From an uncultured virus (IMG/VR IMGVR_UViG_3300010938_000011) (Duplodnaviria > Heunggongvirae > Uroviricota > Caudoviricetes): a stretch of 64,000 nucleotides of DNA. Numbering within the stretch: position 1 is the first letter of the stretch; every line of letters begins with the position of its first letter. A program made the position numbers and the translations under genes. Positions 38,765 through 49,546 of this stretch are shown here, piece by piece. The notes under the pieces are model-generated. The model did not search any database and was not told the DNA's origin. It was given only the letters and a program-made list of their open reading frames with translations. The stretch lies in IMG/VR virus record IMGVR_UViG_3300010938_000011; one strand, given 5' to 3'.

Positions 38765-40294
38765 ATGAAATATTCAGTATACTACAATAAAGAACTCGAA
38801 GCTTTAAGAAAGCAGATCTTAAAAGAAGGTGTAGGAGAATCTTTAAAAAAAAATGTTTTTAATAAAATTGGAGGTTTATTTAATAAATATATAAATCCTT
38901 ACTTAGTTCTTTTTACAAAAATCCATATTTCTTATTTATTAATACCTGTAGTTATAGAAAAACAACTCATTAGAAATAGAGCTATTACTTCTAGATTTCT
39001 AAATGATATTATGAATTATGAAGAATACTTAAAACAAATTAGAGAGCTAATAAGAAAACATCTTTCAGGAAAAATTTCAAATGTAAAAGAAATAGAGGAA
39101 GCTGAAAGAATAATAGAAAGAACTATAGGAAATTCTTTAATAAATATTCTTTCTCAAATTCTTTCAAGTGAATTCAAAAGAGTTGGTCTATACACTCTTA
39201 AAAAAATTAAAAAATCTATAGAAGAGATTGGTTCTGGAAATGAAATAGCGGAAGAGGCTTCAGGTTTTTTAACTAACTTATCCAAACAATTAGAAAAATA
39301 TACTACAAGAACAGTAGAATCTTTAAACTTAAAAATTTTAGATAAATTTTGGGTTTATACTCTTAGAAAAGCTGAAGAAGATGAACCTTTGCTTAAAAAA
39401 TATTTAGGATTAAAAGATACTATTTTACAAAAAGCTTTCTTAGTATATACCTTAAATTTCTTAATTCCTGTTTATATGTTTTATTCTAGACTTTTAGCTT
39501 ATAATTCTTTAGCTAGAAAATTAGTTTTAATTAACAATATTTTTAATGAATCTTATGAACACTTATATGATAAGATTCCTAATTTTGATGAACTATATAA
39601 AGATGCTTTATTTTATGTAAGTTATAACTTAACGTCTTCAGACTCCTTTCTATTAAGATATACTATAAAAATTCCTTCTAAATCTTTAGAAAAATTATTT
39701 TCTGGATTAGTAAAAGAGCAAGGTATTTTCTTTAGAAAAATAAATATAGATAAGAAAACTTTAGATAAATTATCAGAAGAATTTAATGAAATACTTTCTG
39801 AATTAGAAAATGCTATAACAGAATATGTTATTTATGGTAAAGGAACTTTAGCTATTAGAGAAGGAAGAAGTTATAAAATTCTTTTATCCACTTGTTTCTA
39901 CTTTTTATATGAAAAAGATCCAAAAATTACAGAATTATTTAATAGACTTTTTAGAGAGTTTCCTATTCCTGCTAAAAAAGTCCTAAAAACTACTTTTATA
40001 AAAGTGGGAAAAAGAGTAGAAAATTTCTTACAAAAATCTCAGTCTAAAAAAGAAGAGAAATCTTCTGAAGAAGTTAAAACCTCTCAAGGGCAAAGGCCTA
40101 AAGAAGAGGTTAAAACTTCTCAAGAACAAAAACCTACTGTTAAGCAACCTACTAAAGCTCCTACTACTAAGGAGGAAAAACCTAAAGTTCAAAAACCTAG
40201 TACTAACCCTGAAGAAAAAGATCAAGATGATGAAATCGGTTTTGCATTTGAAATACAAAAACCTTCTAAACTAGAAGATGAAGATATTTTTTAA
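38765..40294 (+). CDS. putative internal virion protein
   Basis: ILKE|G at residue 21; disordered K/E/P/T tail; TACTAT 38749. Confidence 0.6.
   Translation: MKYSVYYNKELEALRKQILKEGVGESLKKNVFNKIGGLFNKYINPYLVLFTKIHISYLLIPVVIEKQLIRNRAITSRFLNDIMNYEEYLKQIRELIRKHLSGKISNVKEIEEAERIIERTIGNSLINILSQILSSEFKRVGLYTLKKIKKSIEEIGSGNEIAEEASGFLTNLSKQLEKYTTRTVESLNLKILDKFWVYTLRKAEEDEPLLKKYLGLKDTILQKAFLVYTLNFLIPVYMFYSRLLAYNSLARKLVLINNIFNESYEHLYDKIPNFDELYKDALFYVSYNLTSSDSFLLRYTIKIPSKSLEKLFSGLVKEQGIFFRKINIDKKTLDKLSEEFNEILSELENAITEYVIYGKGTLAIREGRSYKILLSTCFYFLYEKDPKITELFNRLFREFPIPAKKVLKTTFIKVGKRVENFLQKSQSKKEEKSSEEVKTSQGQRPKEEVKTSQEQKPTVKQPTKAPTTKEEKPKVQKPSTNPEEKDQDDEIGFAFEIQKPSKLEDEDIF
40067..40135 (+). repeat. 36-nt imperfect coding duplication (EEVKTSQ-Q-P x2)
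   Basis: GAAGAAGTTAAAACCTCTCAAG vs GAAGAGGTTAAAACTTCTCAAG. Confidence 0.8.
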
Positions 40295-40312
40295 TAGTAG
40301 GAGAGGAGAGAA

Positions 40313-43300
40313 ATGACTAGAAATTCAACTATACATGTAGCGGCTAATAAAATTTTACTAAGCTCTGCCTTAGAGAGAGCCGGAAAAAAAGATAAAGAAA
40401 AAATCTATTTAGCTTTACTAATAAAAACTTTAGACACATTAGATATAGTAGATTCTTCTCCTGAATATATAGTAGATAATTTAGCTAAAGTATCTACTTC
40501 AATAAATATAGCTGAAAAATATATAGAAACCCTTTCAGATCATATTTCAAAAAAAGCTTTACCTATTTCTAATAAAAGAGATTACTTAGGAGCTTATTTA
40601 AAAACTTTATATTTAATTTTTGGAATTTTAAGTCCTGAAAAATTAGAAGATTCATCTTTTTTAAATAGCTTTAAAAAGTTTGAAAATAATCCTATTTCTA
40701 GAGAGCCTATATTAGAATTTTTAAGAATATTTACAGATAAAACTTTAAATCTTGATTTAGTTTTTGAAAAAGTTCTAAAAGAAAGGGCTAAATTGGTTGA
40801 ATCTATTTTAAAATCTAATTTAGAAAGTATTCCTACTCATTATTTTAGTTCTATTTTACCTTTTCAATTTTTTCATGATGAAATTTTTCGTATATTAGTG
40901 GAAGAAGCTAGTTCTAATCATAATTTTACTTCTAAAATTTTAGAGTTATTTTCTAAGTATTATTTTAATACTAATTTAAATACAGGAAATGAACCTAATG
41001 TTTATAAAATTATTTTAGCTTTTTTAGAAGAAGCCCTACCTGAAGATCCGTCTGTTGTAGTAGGAAGAATAAAGGAACTTACTAATATTATTTCTCTAAA
41101 ATTGTATTTTTGCTTAATAATATTACTAATTTCTTCTCTTAATTATATTGTATCTAATCTTTTATTTAAGAGTTTTGAAAAAGTTTTAGAACTTGCTAAA
41201 GGTTATATTAGTGAAGAAGAATTTGAAGAAAAAGTTTTAGATTCAGACTTATTTGATAAAGTTACTCATAGACATGTTTTAAGAAACTATTTTGACTATT
41301 TAAGAGAAGCCATATCTGGTAGTTCACTTCCTGAAAAGGATGTAAATCAATTTTTTGATGTAAAAAAAATTGAAGAGAATGTAAAAAGAAAGCTAAGTCC
41401 TACTAATACTGAAATTTATATTTTACAACAATTTTTAACAGATTCTTTTGAATTTTATAGATTATCCATACAAGAAAAATTTTTTGGAAAATCTACTGGA
41501 TCTGAAGAAAAGAGAGTTAGTAAATATTATTCTTTATTATCTCTATTATTTCTTAGAGGAGGTTTTTTTCCAGAAGAATATAGAGAACCTTATAGAACTT
41601 TACAAAGTTTTTTTGGTTATATTTCTAAAAAAAATATATATAGAGCTATATTAGAACAAAAACCTACTAATTTATATGAAGCTGTTCTTAAAGGTATTTC
41701 AATTATTAGAGAACAAGAAGGAAAAGATTTATCTAAAAACTTAGAAGAATTTTTAGAATATTTAAAAAATAAAAACTTCTTTTTTGAAAAGGTAAACGTA
41801 GGAACAGCTAGAGGGCTTTTAATTCCCTCTGTATTTAAATTCATAAAAGCTATGAGCCTAAAATCTTTTCCTATAGTATTATCAGAACTTACAGGTTATC
41901 ATTCTATACAAACAAATAATTTAGTTTCTGTTTCTAAATTTAAAACTTATATTGAAGAAAAAGATCCTGATAACTTTAGCAATAAATTTCTACTTGTTCT
42001 TTTAAGTTATTATATAAAATACCTAATGGGTTTTTTTGATTTTTCTGAACCTAAAGAAATTGAAAAATTAGACTTATCTAAAATAGTAAGAAAAAATTTC
42101 GTATCAAATTTAGAAAAATTTGTAACTTCTAATAGAAATATTTTAACTAAAACTAGAATTCCTAATAAAAAATCTATATTTTTTACTGATATACCTAATA
42201 TTTCTAATATTACTAGAAAGTTTGTAAATACTCTTACTCCTGAAACTTATTTATTTGTTTTATCTAATTTAAAAGAATTAACTTATTATCTAGCTTTAGC
42301 TCTTTCTAAAAGAGAAGAAAAAGAAATTAATAGAAGAGGAAAACAGGAGGTCAGTTCTAGATATACTAGAATAGAAACTAAATCTACTGTTCAAAAAAGA
42401 GCCTCTTATGATACTAGAGTTGTAAGTAAGTTTTTTACTTCTCCACTAGGTAAAAATATAGAAGTTAGTCAAAGCTTTTCTGATTTTAAGTTTTCAGAAG
42501 ATATTAAGCAATTATTTCTAAATGCTTTAGGAAAAGTAAATAAAGAAAGTCCTGAAGAAAATAACAGTTTACTGCTCGATGTTTCTAGAAAATTAGGTAA
42601 ATCTGCTTTAATTTTATCTTCTAAGTTTACTTCTGGAGATAAAGATAATTTCTTATCAAAATTCGTAAGTGAAGCTAGAAAATTTGCTGAAGATCCTGAA
42701 AAAAATTATCTAACTCAACTTATTCCTTTAGAATATTTTATAACTTTGATTTTAGGAGAAGGCTTACACGAAGTTTTATATAGAAAAGGTGTTCAAGATG
42801 AGATATTTTCTGAAGAAAAAGTAATGGCTCCATTCTCTAATATCTTATTAGTATTTTATTCTCATTTAAAATCTTTGCTTCCTAAAGACCTAACAAATAT
42901 TTTTATAAATTTAGAATCTGAAAGATTTTTAGATGGAATAAATTATGATTTAGCTGAAAATTTTTCTAATTATAGAATTGGATTAGTTATAGAAGATTCA
43001 ATTTTAGAATCTTCTTTAAAATCAGTAAGTGAATTAGTCAGATATTTAAAATCAAAAAGAAGCTTAATAAAAGATATAAAAATATCTGAAGAACCTTATC
43101 CTTTAAAATTATCTCCTAAGCAGGAAGTTTTAATATCTTCACTTTTTGAAACTTATCCATCTCTTAGTATTTTAGATATATTAAAAATTATACAAGTAGT
43201 TTCTAATGGTTTTACCGTAAAAAATAAAAATTTAGACTTAACAGTATTAGATACCATTACTAATATATTTAGAAATAAAAATACAAAAAAGCTTGCTGAA

Positions 43301-45625
43301 AAATATGGAAATTTTTTAAAACCTATTTTTGCAGCATATTCTTTTATTCTTAATTATATATGTTACAATTTATTAGTTAATCCTAGAATAGAACCTAAAA
43401 ATTTAAAGCTTATTAGTTCTTTAGAAAAGTCTTTTGGAAAATCTAATTCTTTTATTATCTCTTTAAATAACTTCATAAAGGATTCTTCAGACCTACTTAG
43501 AAGTCATTATAGTGGAAAAATTAGATCTAATATCCAAAATCTAGAGGACTCTTCTTTTAATCCTGAAAAACTTTTTAATACTCTTTATTTAAAGTCTATA
43601 TCCTATGATTTAGCTAAATTATTTTTTAAAAAAATTATATTAGACTTAGCTTTAGAAGAAGAAGTTCCTTATAATATTACTATACCTACTTCTTTTGTAG
43701 TAAAAATACCATTTCCTTCAGATCTTACTTATTTTAATTTATTAGAAATAATAACTGAAGATATACAAATTGAAAAGCCAAATGGATCAAGAATACCTTA
43801 TTCAAAAATAAGAAATAAAGATATACAATATATAAAGCAAATTCTTGGAGATGACTCTAAAAAAGCTAAAGTCATTTTGAGAGTAAAAAATGATATAGTT
43901 GATGAACCTACTAAATTTTCTATTTCTAAATCTAAGAATTCTATTTCTTTAAGCTTTTCAGGTAGTACAGTTCAACTTTCTACAGAAGATGTATTAAATA
44001 TTAGTTTAATTGATATTTTAAGAATAATAAAAGATACTACTGGAAGTAATATTGCTTTAAGAAATATTTCTAAAAATTTCTATATATTTAATAATCAATT
44101 CCTTAGCCTAGAAAAGTTAGCAGAAAAGAAAAGAGATATAGATTTAGGAAAATACTTTAAAGCTAAAAAAATATTTGAAAATTTATCTTTCTCTAAAAAT
44201 CTTTATACTAAAGAGATAGAAACTTCTTTTCTAAAAAAGGTAGCAGAATCTCCTTTAGAATTGTTTGCAGACATTTATGATAAATTGAAAGAAAAGTATC
44301 TTCCTTCCAATGTTGAAGTTAAGGTTGATTTAGATGTTATGAAAGATTATTTTTCTTTTTCACACGGAATTACGGAAGATAAAAAATTAAAAGAAAAATT
44401 AGATGCTCTTTTAAATTCAAATCTTAGCAAAACAGAACTAAAATCTGAATTAGAAAAATTATTAAGTGAATTTCTTGATGAAAGTGAATTAAATGCTATA
44501 GCAGATCATTATGATTTCTATTTTACTCTTTCTTATAAAGAAGGAAAATCTGATCCTATACCTCTTTCTAATGTAAAAGATCTTTCTTCTAAAGAAAAAA
44601 TTTTTAATTTAGTAGTTCTTTCTAATTATGAGAAATCAAATCTTCCAGAAAATTTGTCTACTAATTTAATAAAAACTTATGAAGAGCTAATAGCTAAATC
44701 TTTAAATAATAATTTTATAAAAGGAAGCTCTTCTGAATTACCAATAGGATATATTAAATTTTGTATACAAAAAATAATTGACTCATTAAAAAAATCTTCT
44801 TTTTCTAAAGAAGATGGATTTTTACAATCTTTTGAAGAGTTTAGTAATTTTGTATCTAATTATAAAAATCCTATAAATCCTTATTCTGATTTTATTCCTA
44901 CTGAATTTAAAGAAATCTTTTCTGTTCTTTATTCTTTAGGATATATATTAGAAATGGTCTATGTAAAAGCTTTTGAAGATTATGAAAATCCATCAAATGA
45001 GCTTTCTGATAAATTTGTAGAAGTTTCTAGGCTTATAAATGATAATTTAGAAGAATCATCTTTTATTTCTAAAATCTTTTCTTTAGCTAAACATTTATAT
45101 TCTATACCTTATATTCAATCAAAATCTCTTAGAGTTCTAAGAACTATAAGAAATAATTATATTAAAGACTATATGAGTGGTTATACTATTAATTCAATAG
45201 AAAGAAGGTTTCTATCTATGGTTCAATACCTACCTCCTACTTTCTCAGACTTTAAGGCTTTAAGTGAAGAAGGTTCTGTATGGAAATATATTACTGAAGA
45301 TTCTGTTTCATTAAATTTTGATAAAAATACTAAAGAGCGTCCTTCTTTAAGAGAAATAGTAAAATCTCTAAGGCGTGATACTTTTAATATAATTAGAGTA
45401 AATACTCAGTATACTATTTCTAAAGTAGTTAGACCTTTATTAGAAAGCTTTATATTAAATAATTTAACGGTTTATTCTAATTTAGATGAAACTTTGAGCT
45501 TAATTTTTAACCAAACCAAAAAATCTGAAAATATAGCTAAAGCTAAAGAAACTTTACTAAAAAGACCTACTTCTAGAGAAATAGGTAGGAGAAGTACCTT
45601 TGATGTAGATGACCTTATAATTTAG
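40313..45625 (+). CDS. giant orphan helical protein (1770 aa), candidate internal/ejection protein
   Basis: Long ORF with AGGAG SD between portal and protease; no catalytic motif recognised. Confidence 0.8.
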   Translation: MTRNSTIHVAANKILLSSALERAGKKDKEKIYLALLIKTLDTLDIVDSSPEYIVDNLAKVSTSINIAEKYIETLSDHISKKALPISNKRDYLGAYLKTLYLIFGILSPEKLEDSSFLNSFKKFENNPISREPILEFLRIFTDKTLNLDLVFEKVLKERAKLVESILKSNLESIPTHYFSSILPFQFFHDEIFRILVEEASSNHNFTSKILELFSKYYFNTNLNTGNEPNVYKIILAFLEEALPEDPSVVVGRIKELTNIISLKLYFCLIILLISSLNYIVSNLLFKSFEKVLELAKGYISEEEFEEKVLDSDLFDKVTHRHVLRNYFDYLREAISGSSLPEKDVNQFFDVKKIEENVKRKLSPTNTEIYILQQFLTDSFEFYRLSIQEKFFGKSTGSEEKRVSKYYSLLSLLFLRGGFFPEEYREPYRTLQSFFGYISKKNIYRAILEQKPTNLYEAVLKGISIIREQEGKDLSKNLEEFLEYLKNKNFFFEKVNVGTARGLLIPSVFKFIKAMSLKSFPIVLSELTGYHSIQTNNLVSVSKFKTYIEEKDPDNFSNKFLLVLLSYYIKYLMGFFDFSEPKEIEKLDLSKIVRKNFVSNLEKFVTSNRNILTKTRIPNKKSIFFTDIPNISNITRKFVNTLTPETYLFVLSNLKELTYYLALALSKREEKEINRRGKQEVSSRYTRIETKSTVQKRASYDTRVVSKFFTSPLGKNIEVSQSFSDFKFSEDIKQLFLNALGKVNKESPEENNSLLLDVSRKLGKSALILSSKFTSGDKDNFLSKFVSEARKFAEDPEKNYLTQLIPLEYFITLILGEGLHEVLYRKGVQDEIFSEEKVMAPFSNILLVFYSHLKSLLPKDLTNIFINLESERFLDGINYDLAENFSNYRIGLVIEDSILESSLKSVSELVRYLKSKRSLIKDIKISEEPYPLKLSPKQEVLISSLFETYPSLSILDILKIIQVVSNGFTVKNKNLDLTVLDTITNIFRNKNTKKLAEKYGNFLKPIFAAYSFILNYICYNLLVNPRIEPKNLKLISSLEKSFGKSNSFIISLNNFIKDSSDLLRSHYSGKIRSNIQNLEDSSFNPEKLFNTLYLKSISYDLAKLFFKKIILDLALEEEVPYNITIPTSFVVKIPFPSDLTYFNLLEIITEDIQIEKPNGSRIPYSKIRNKDIQYIKQILGDDSKKAKVILRVKNDIVDEPTKFSISKSKNSISLSFSGSTVQLSTEDVLNISLIDILRIIKDTTGSNIALRNISKNFYIFNNQFLSLEKLAEKKRDIDLGKYFKAKKIFENLSFSKNLYTKEIETSFLKKVAESPLELFADIYDKLKEKYLPSNVEVKVDLDVMKDYFSFSHGITEDKKLKEKLDALLNSNLSKTELKSELEKLLSEFLDESELNAIADHYDFYFTLSYKEGKSDPIPLSNVKDLSSKEKIFNLVVLSNYEKSNLPENLSTNLIKTYEELIAKSLNNNFIKGSSSELPIGYIKFCIQKIIDSLKKSSFSKEDGFLQSFEEFSNFVSNYKNPINPYSDFIPTEFKEIFSVLYSLGYILEMVYVKAFEDYENPSNELSDKFVEVSRLINDNLEESSFISKIFSLAKHLYSIPYIQSKSLRVLRTIRNNYIKDYMSGYTINSIERRFLSMVQYLPPTFSDFKALSEEGSVWKYITEDSVSLNFDKNTKERPSLREIVKSLRRDTFNIIRVNTQYTISKVVRPLLESFILNNLTVYSNLDETLSLIFNQTKKSENIAKAKETLLKRPTSREIGRRSTFDVDDLII

Positions 45626-45634
45626 GAAGGTACT

Positions 45635-46438
45635 ATGGCTAAAGAAAATTTAGAAAAAATAAAACAAGTTTTACCATCAGTTTTTAGTAAAGGAGCAGAA
45701 ACTCAAACTCCTACTGAAGAATATTTAAAAAGAGGAACTCACTTTTTAACTAGAACTGAATTATTTAGAATTTTTGAGAGTGTAAGAAGTTATTTTATAC
45801 AAACAGAATCTACATTTTCAAACTTAGAAGTATATTATTATTCTAGATCTATTAGAACTAAAATTAGTGCTTACGAATTTATAGTAAGATCTATAGGTCT
45901 TTTTGCTAAAATTTTTAAAAATTTATTTCTATTAGGTATTAAGCTTACCTTATTTCCTAATTTATTAAAAGATTATGTAGAATTATTGTATGGCTTGATT
46001 CCTAAATTACAAAAGTTAGCCAATGAAGTTAGTTCTTTAAATTTACAAGATAGAGATAGCTTAGAAGAATTTTTAAGAACTAGATTAGGATATTATTTAA
46101 AGCCTGAAGAAAGTAGAGGATTATCTTATTTCTTAGAAGCAGTAAAAAAGGATACGGATGATCCAGAGCTAAATAATATGTTAAGAGAATTTGTTTATAG
46201 GTATGATTCTGAAAGAAAGGATATTTTGAAATTATATGAAGAAGCTTATAAAGGTATAAGCGCTTTAAAGTCTTCAGTAGATATTAAAAGAAAAGAATAC
46301 TTAGATTTAGACCTAGATGAAATAGAAGATACTAAAACCTTAAAGAAATCTGAAACAAAATTCTCATCTAGAAGAAAAGAAGATACAAAAGTAGATTTAT
46401 CTGATATTATTTCTAAATTAGAAAAGCGTAGAAAATGA
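45635..46438 (+). CDS. hypothetical helical protein
   Basis: ORF track; AGGAAGG SD. Confidence 0.7.
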   Translation: MAKENLEKIKQVLPSVFSKGAETQTPTEEYLKRGTHFLTRTELFRIFESVRSYFIQTESTFSNLEVYYYSRSIRTKISAYEFIVRSIGLFAKIFKNLFLLGIKLTLFPNLLKDYVELLYGLIPKLQKLANEVSSLNLQDRDSLEEFLRTRLGYYLKPEESRGLSYFLEAVKKDTDDPELNNMLREFVYRYDSERKDILKLYEEAYKGISALKSSVDIKRKEYLDLDLDEIEDTKTLKKSETKFSSRRKEDTKVDLSDIISKLEKRRK

Positions 46439-47196
46439 GATACGGAAAACTTATTACAACTATAGGATTTCCTACTGATTATACAGTTCCTCTATTAGGT
46501 TCATTTGCCGCTAATGTATCAATAAAAGAAGAAATAGCTAAAAGATTAAGAAATAAACTATTATTCCTAATTAATAATATAGATTTAGCTCAAACTACTG
46601 AAGATTATGTTTTTTTCTTACCTTTTAAAGTGCCTTCTTCTATTCCTTTTAGATTTGAAAATGATAGAAACATTTTAAATTATTCTTTTTATCCTTTTAA
46701 AAAGCTATATGGAGGTTTTTATAGATATGTTCTTTTAAATAATTTATTACTACCTGTAAATAGGAATATTGATAGCATAATGACTATACCTGTACATACT
46801 ATTTTAAAAGATCCTCAAAATTTTATTACTAAAAAAGTATGGAGTGTAGATTTTAATCATATCTTACCATTAATAAGATTAAATAGCTTAAGCTATAATG
46901 TAGTATTTAGAATAGAAATTCCTAAAAGAGAATTTGAAGATGAATTTATTCATTATAATATTCCTATGTATATTCTTTATGATTGTAATTGTATGGATTA
47001 CCATTTTTCGGGAAAAAGAAGATTAGCTACAGAAAAAGGTCTTTCCTTATTAACTACTAATTTAAGATCTATAAAAAGAAAAAATACTGTTCCTTTTTGT
47101 AAACATATAGGCTTAATAGGTTCTATATTAAATAGAAATAAAAAACAATTTTTTGAATTATTTAAGTCATTTATTACGAATACTAATACTATATAA
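46435..47196 (+). CDS. SWIM-type zinc-finger protein
   Basis: CNCMDY...FCKH (CxC-xn-CxH). Confidence 0.7.
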   Translation: MRYGKLITTIGFPTDYTVPLLGSFAANVSIKEEIAKRLRNKLLFLINNIDLAQTTEDYVFFLPFKVPSSIPFRFENDRNILNYSFYPFKKLYGGFYRYVLLNNLLLPVNRNIDSIMTIPVHTILKDPQNFITKKVWSVDFNHILPLIRLNSLSYNVVFRIEIPKREFEDEFIHYNIPMYILYDCNCMDYHFSGKRRLATEKGLSLLTTNLRSIKRKNTVPFCKHIGLIGSILNRNKKQFFELFKSFITNTNTI

Positions 47197-47202
47197 TATT
47201 AT

Positions 47203-49485
47203 ATGAAGAAGGATTTAATATTATTAAAGGAATATACAGTAATTTCCTCAAATTCATTAAATCTTTTAGAAGAATCTGCTAGCTCTATTGTAAGAGATAG
47301 TAAAAATAATTCTTATTCCTATTCTGGAATATTAAAGAATGTTCCTATCTCTAAATATACTAAGAATTCTAATGGAAGAATTTATTCTAGAAGATTATGG
47401 GAATTAGTAAAAGAAAAATACCAAAATCTTATTGAAGGTGGAGTAGCTTTAGCAGACCATCCTCCTGATGATAATCCTGAAGGATCTGTAAAAGACGTAT
47501 GTGGAGTTTGGCATAATTTTAATGTAAGAGATGACGGAGTATTTGGAGATCTTTACTTAATAGGTGATATAGGAAAGAAAATTTTAGATATTGTAAAAGC
47601 TGGAGGGAAAATTGGAATTTCTACAGTTGGTTTTGGAAAGTATGATGAACAAGGATATGTAGATCCTGATTCCTATTATTTATTAAGAGTTGGAGATGTA
47701 GTTTTAGTTCCTTCTCAAGGTACTTATATTTCTAAAGATAATGTTTTTCATAATGATAATTTTATAGGTATACAAGATGTAAAAACTACTAATACTATTA
47801 ATAATAATTATATGGAGACTACAATGAGAGAGTCAACACATATTTTAAATAATGTAATTAAAAATCAAATCAGAATTGTAAAAAGAGAAACTAAAAATAG
47901 ATTAAGTAGCAATGATGCTAATTTATTATTGGAATCTAAATCTTCTATTTTAGATTTATTAAGCTCTATTCCAGATGAAATGAAAGAAGAAAGAAAAGAA
48001 TTAGAAGAGTTATTAGAACAAATAGATAATAAGATCTTTAATTTAAAGTCTGATAATTCTGAAGATTTTAAGAAAAGTTTTAATTTATTATTAGAAGAAT
48101 ATAAAGGAAGGGCTAAAACTTTAGAAATGAAATTAAAAGAATCTATAGAAGAAAGAGAAAAATTAGTAGAAGCTTTAAATAATTTATTAGAAGAAAAACA
48201 AAAATTAGAAGAAGCCGTAATTCAAAAACATGCTTCAATTTTAAAAGAAAGTAAAGATTTTAATTCTGAACAAGATATATATTCTAAGCTATCATCTTTA
48301 CCTTTAGTAGAATCTACTGAAATTGTTAAAAAGTTTTTAGAAAACTTAAAATTAACTAAAGAATATTTACCAGAATCTTTAAAATCTAAAATAAAAGATT
48401 TGGAAAAAGTTATTGGAAATAGCATTTCTTCGGCTTCTTCAGAAGATATGAAAAAAGCTATAAATATTATTAAGAATTTAAAGACTCTCTCAGAAAAATT
48501 ATTAAGAGAAAAACCAGAAGAAGTAATTTTGGCTAGAAGAGATATTAAAACTAAAATTATAATAAAAGAATCTGTAAATTTTCAAGATATTATTTCTTCT
48601 GTAGAAAGAATGTTTAAAGAAGCTAAAGATGGTGATGAAATTAGTTATCCATCTTCTGACAATTCTAAATTTTTAACTTTAATTAAAAAAGGATCTTCTT
48701 TGCTTGTAGAATTTAAAGACAAAAACAATAAAGTATTAGATGAATTTGTTATAAATTCTCCTAAATCTATTGAAACTTATAAGAATAAAATAGAATCTTT
48801 CCTAAAATTAGGAAAAGATATAAATTCAAAAAGTGGAGCTTCTCAAATGAAAGAACCAAAATCCTTTAGTTCAGAAGCTTCAAAATATTTAGATAAAGAA
48901 TTATTAAAAAAAGAGGTTATAGATTTAGGTCCTATAAAAGATGAAAAAATAACTTTAAAAGAATCTAAAAAGAAAAAAGATAAGAAAAAAGTTTTAAAAG
49001 AAGATGTAGGTGATCGTCCTTATATTTATTTAGATTCTGAAAAGAAAGAGCATCCTAATGAAAATGAAGACCATCCTTTGAGAAACAATGAAGTGATATG
49101 GACTAAGTCAGATGCTCAAACTATTTCTATAGATCCAGCTATGGAATTTAGAATTAGAAATAAAGGAGTTTATAAATTAGCAGATCCAAGTAATATAAAG
49201 ATAGAAAAGCCTGTAACTTCAACTTTTGCTAGATTAGATGAGGAAAAAATGACAAAAGAAAAAATAAAATTAATTTTTGAAGAAGCTAAAAAAGAAATTC
49301 CTGAATTAGAATTTTTTAGTCATGATATTTTAAGTTCCAAAACTACAGTAGAAGCAATTAAAAAAATTGAACGTTATACTAAGAAATTAAAGGAAGATCC
49401 GCTTATTAATTTAAATGAATCAACTAACAGAATTTCTTCTTTAAAAAATTATGAGGATGACTGGCTATCTGGAAGTTTATTCTAA
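47203..49485 (+). CDS. prohead protease (T4 gp21-like) fused to coiled-coil scaffold
   Basis: N-NGRIYS, LADHP, GKKI---V-AG-KIGIST-G-G, D-V--PS; then about 550 aa charged coiled coil with many LxE|S sites; precedes MCP. Confidence 0.88.
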   Translation: MKKDLILLKEYTVISSNSLNLLEESASSIVRDSKNNSYSYSGILKNVPISKYTKNSNGRIYSRRLWELVKEKYQNLIEGGVALADHPPDDNPEGSVKDVCGVWHNFNVRDDGVFGDLYLIGDIGKKILDIVKAGGKIGISTVGFGKYDEQGYVDPDSYYLLRVGDVVLVPSQGTYISKDNVFHNDNFIGIQDVKTTNTINNNYMETTMRESTHILNNVIKNQIRIVKRETKNRLSSNDANLLLESKSSILDLLSSIPDEMKEERKELEELLEQIDNKIFNLKSDNSEDFKKSFNLLLEEYKGRAKTLEMKLKESIEEREKLVEALNNLLEEKQKLEEAVIQKHASILKESKDFNSEQDIYSKLSSLPLVESTEIVKKFLENLKLTKEYLPESLKSKIKDLEKVIGNSISSASSEDMKKAINIIKNLKTLSEKLLREKPEEVILARRDIKTKIIIKESVNFQDIISSVERMFKEAKDGDEISYPSSDNSKFLTLIKKGSSLLVEFKDKNNKVLDEFVINSPKSIETYKNKIESFLKLGKDINSKSGASQMKEPKSFSSEASKYLDKELLKKEVIDLGPIKDEKITLKESKKKKDKKKVLKEDVGDRPYIYLDSEKKEHPNENEDHPLRNNEVIWTKSDAQTISIDPAMEFRIRNKGVYKLADPSNIKIEKPVTSTFARLDEEKMTKEKIKLIFEEAKKEIPELEFFSHDILSSKTTVEAIKKIERYTKKLKEDPLINLNESTNRISSLKNYEDDWLSGSLF
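47793..47826 (+). promoter_or_regulatory. internal TACTAT + SD + in-frame ATG (nested scaffold start)
   Basis: TACTAT 47793-47798; in-frame ATG 47812 and 47824; GGAG 47814-47817. Confidence 0.6.
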
Positions 49486-49546
49486 GAAATGAAAGGAAGA
49501 AGGTAAATCAAAGTAAATTAACACTATAGATGGAGGTATATTAACT

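Noticed and set aside
40313..45625. Virion RNA polymerase
   Set aside because: No DFDGD or single-subunit polymerase motif found by eye; a structure search could still overturn this
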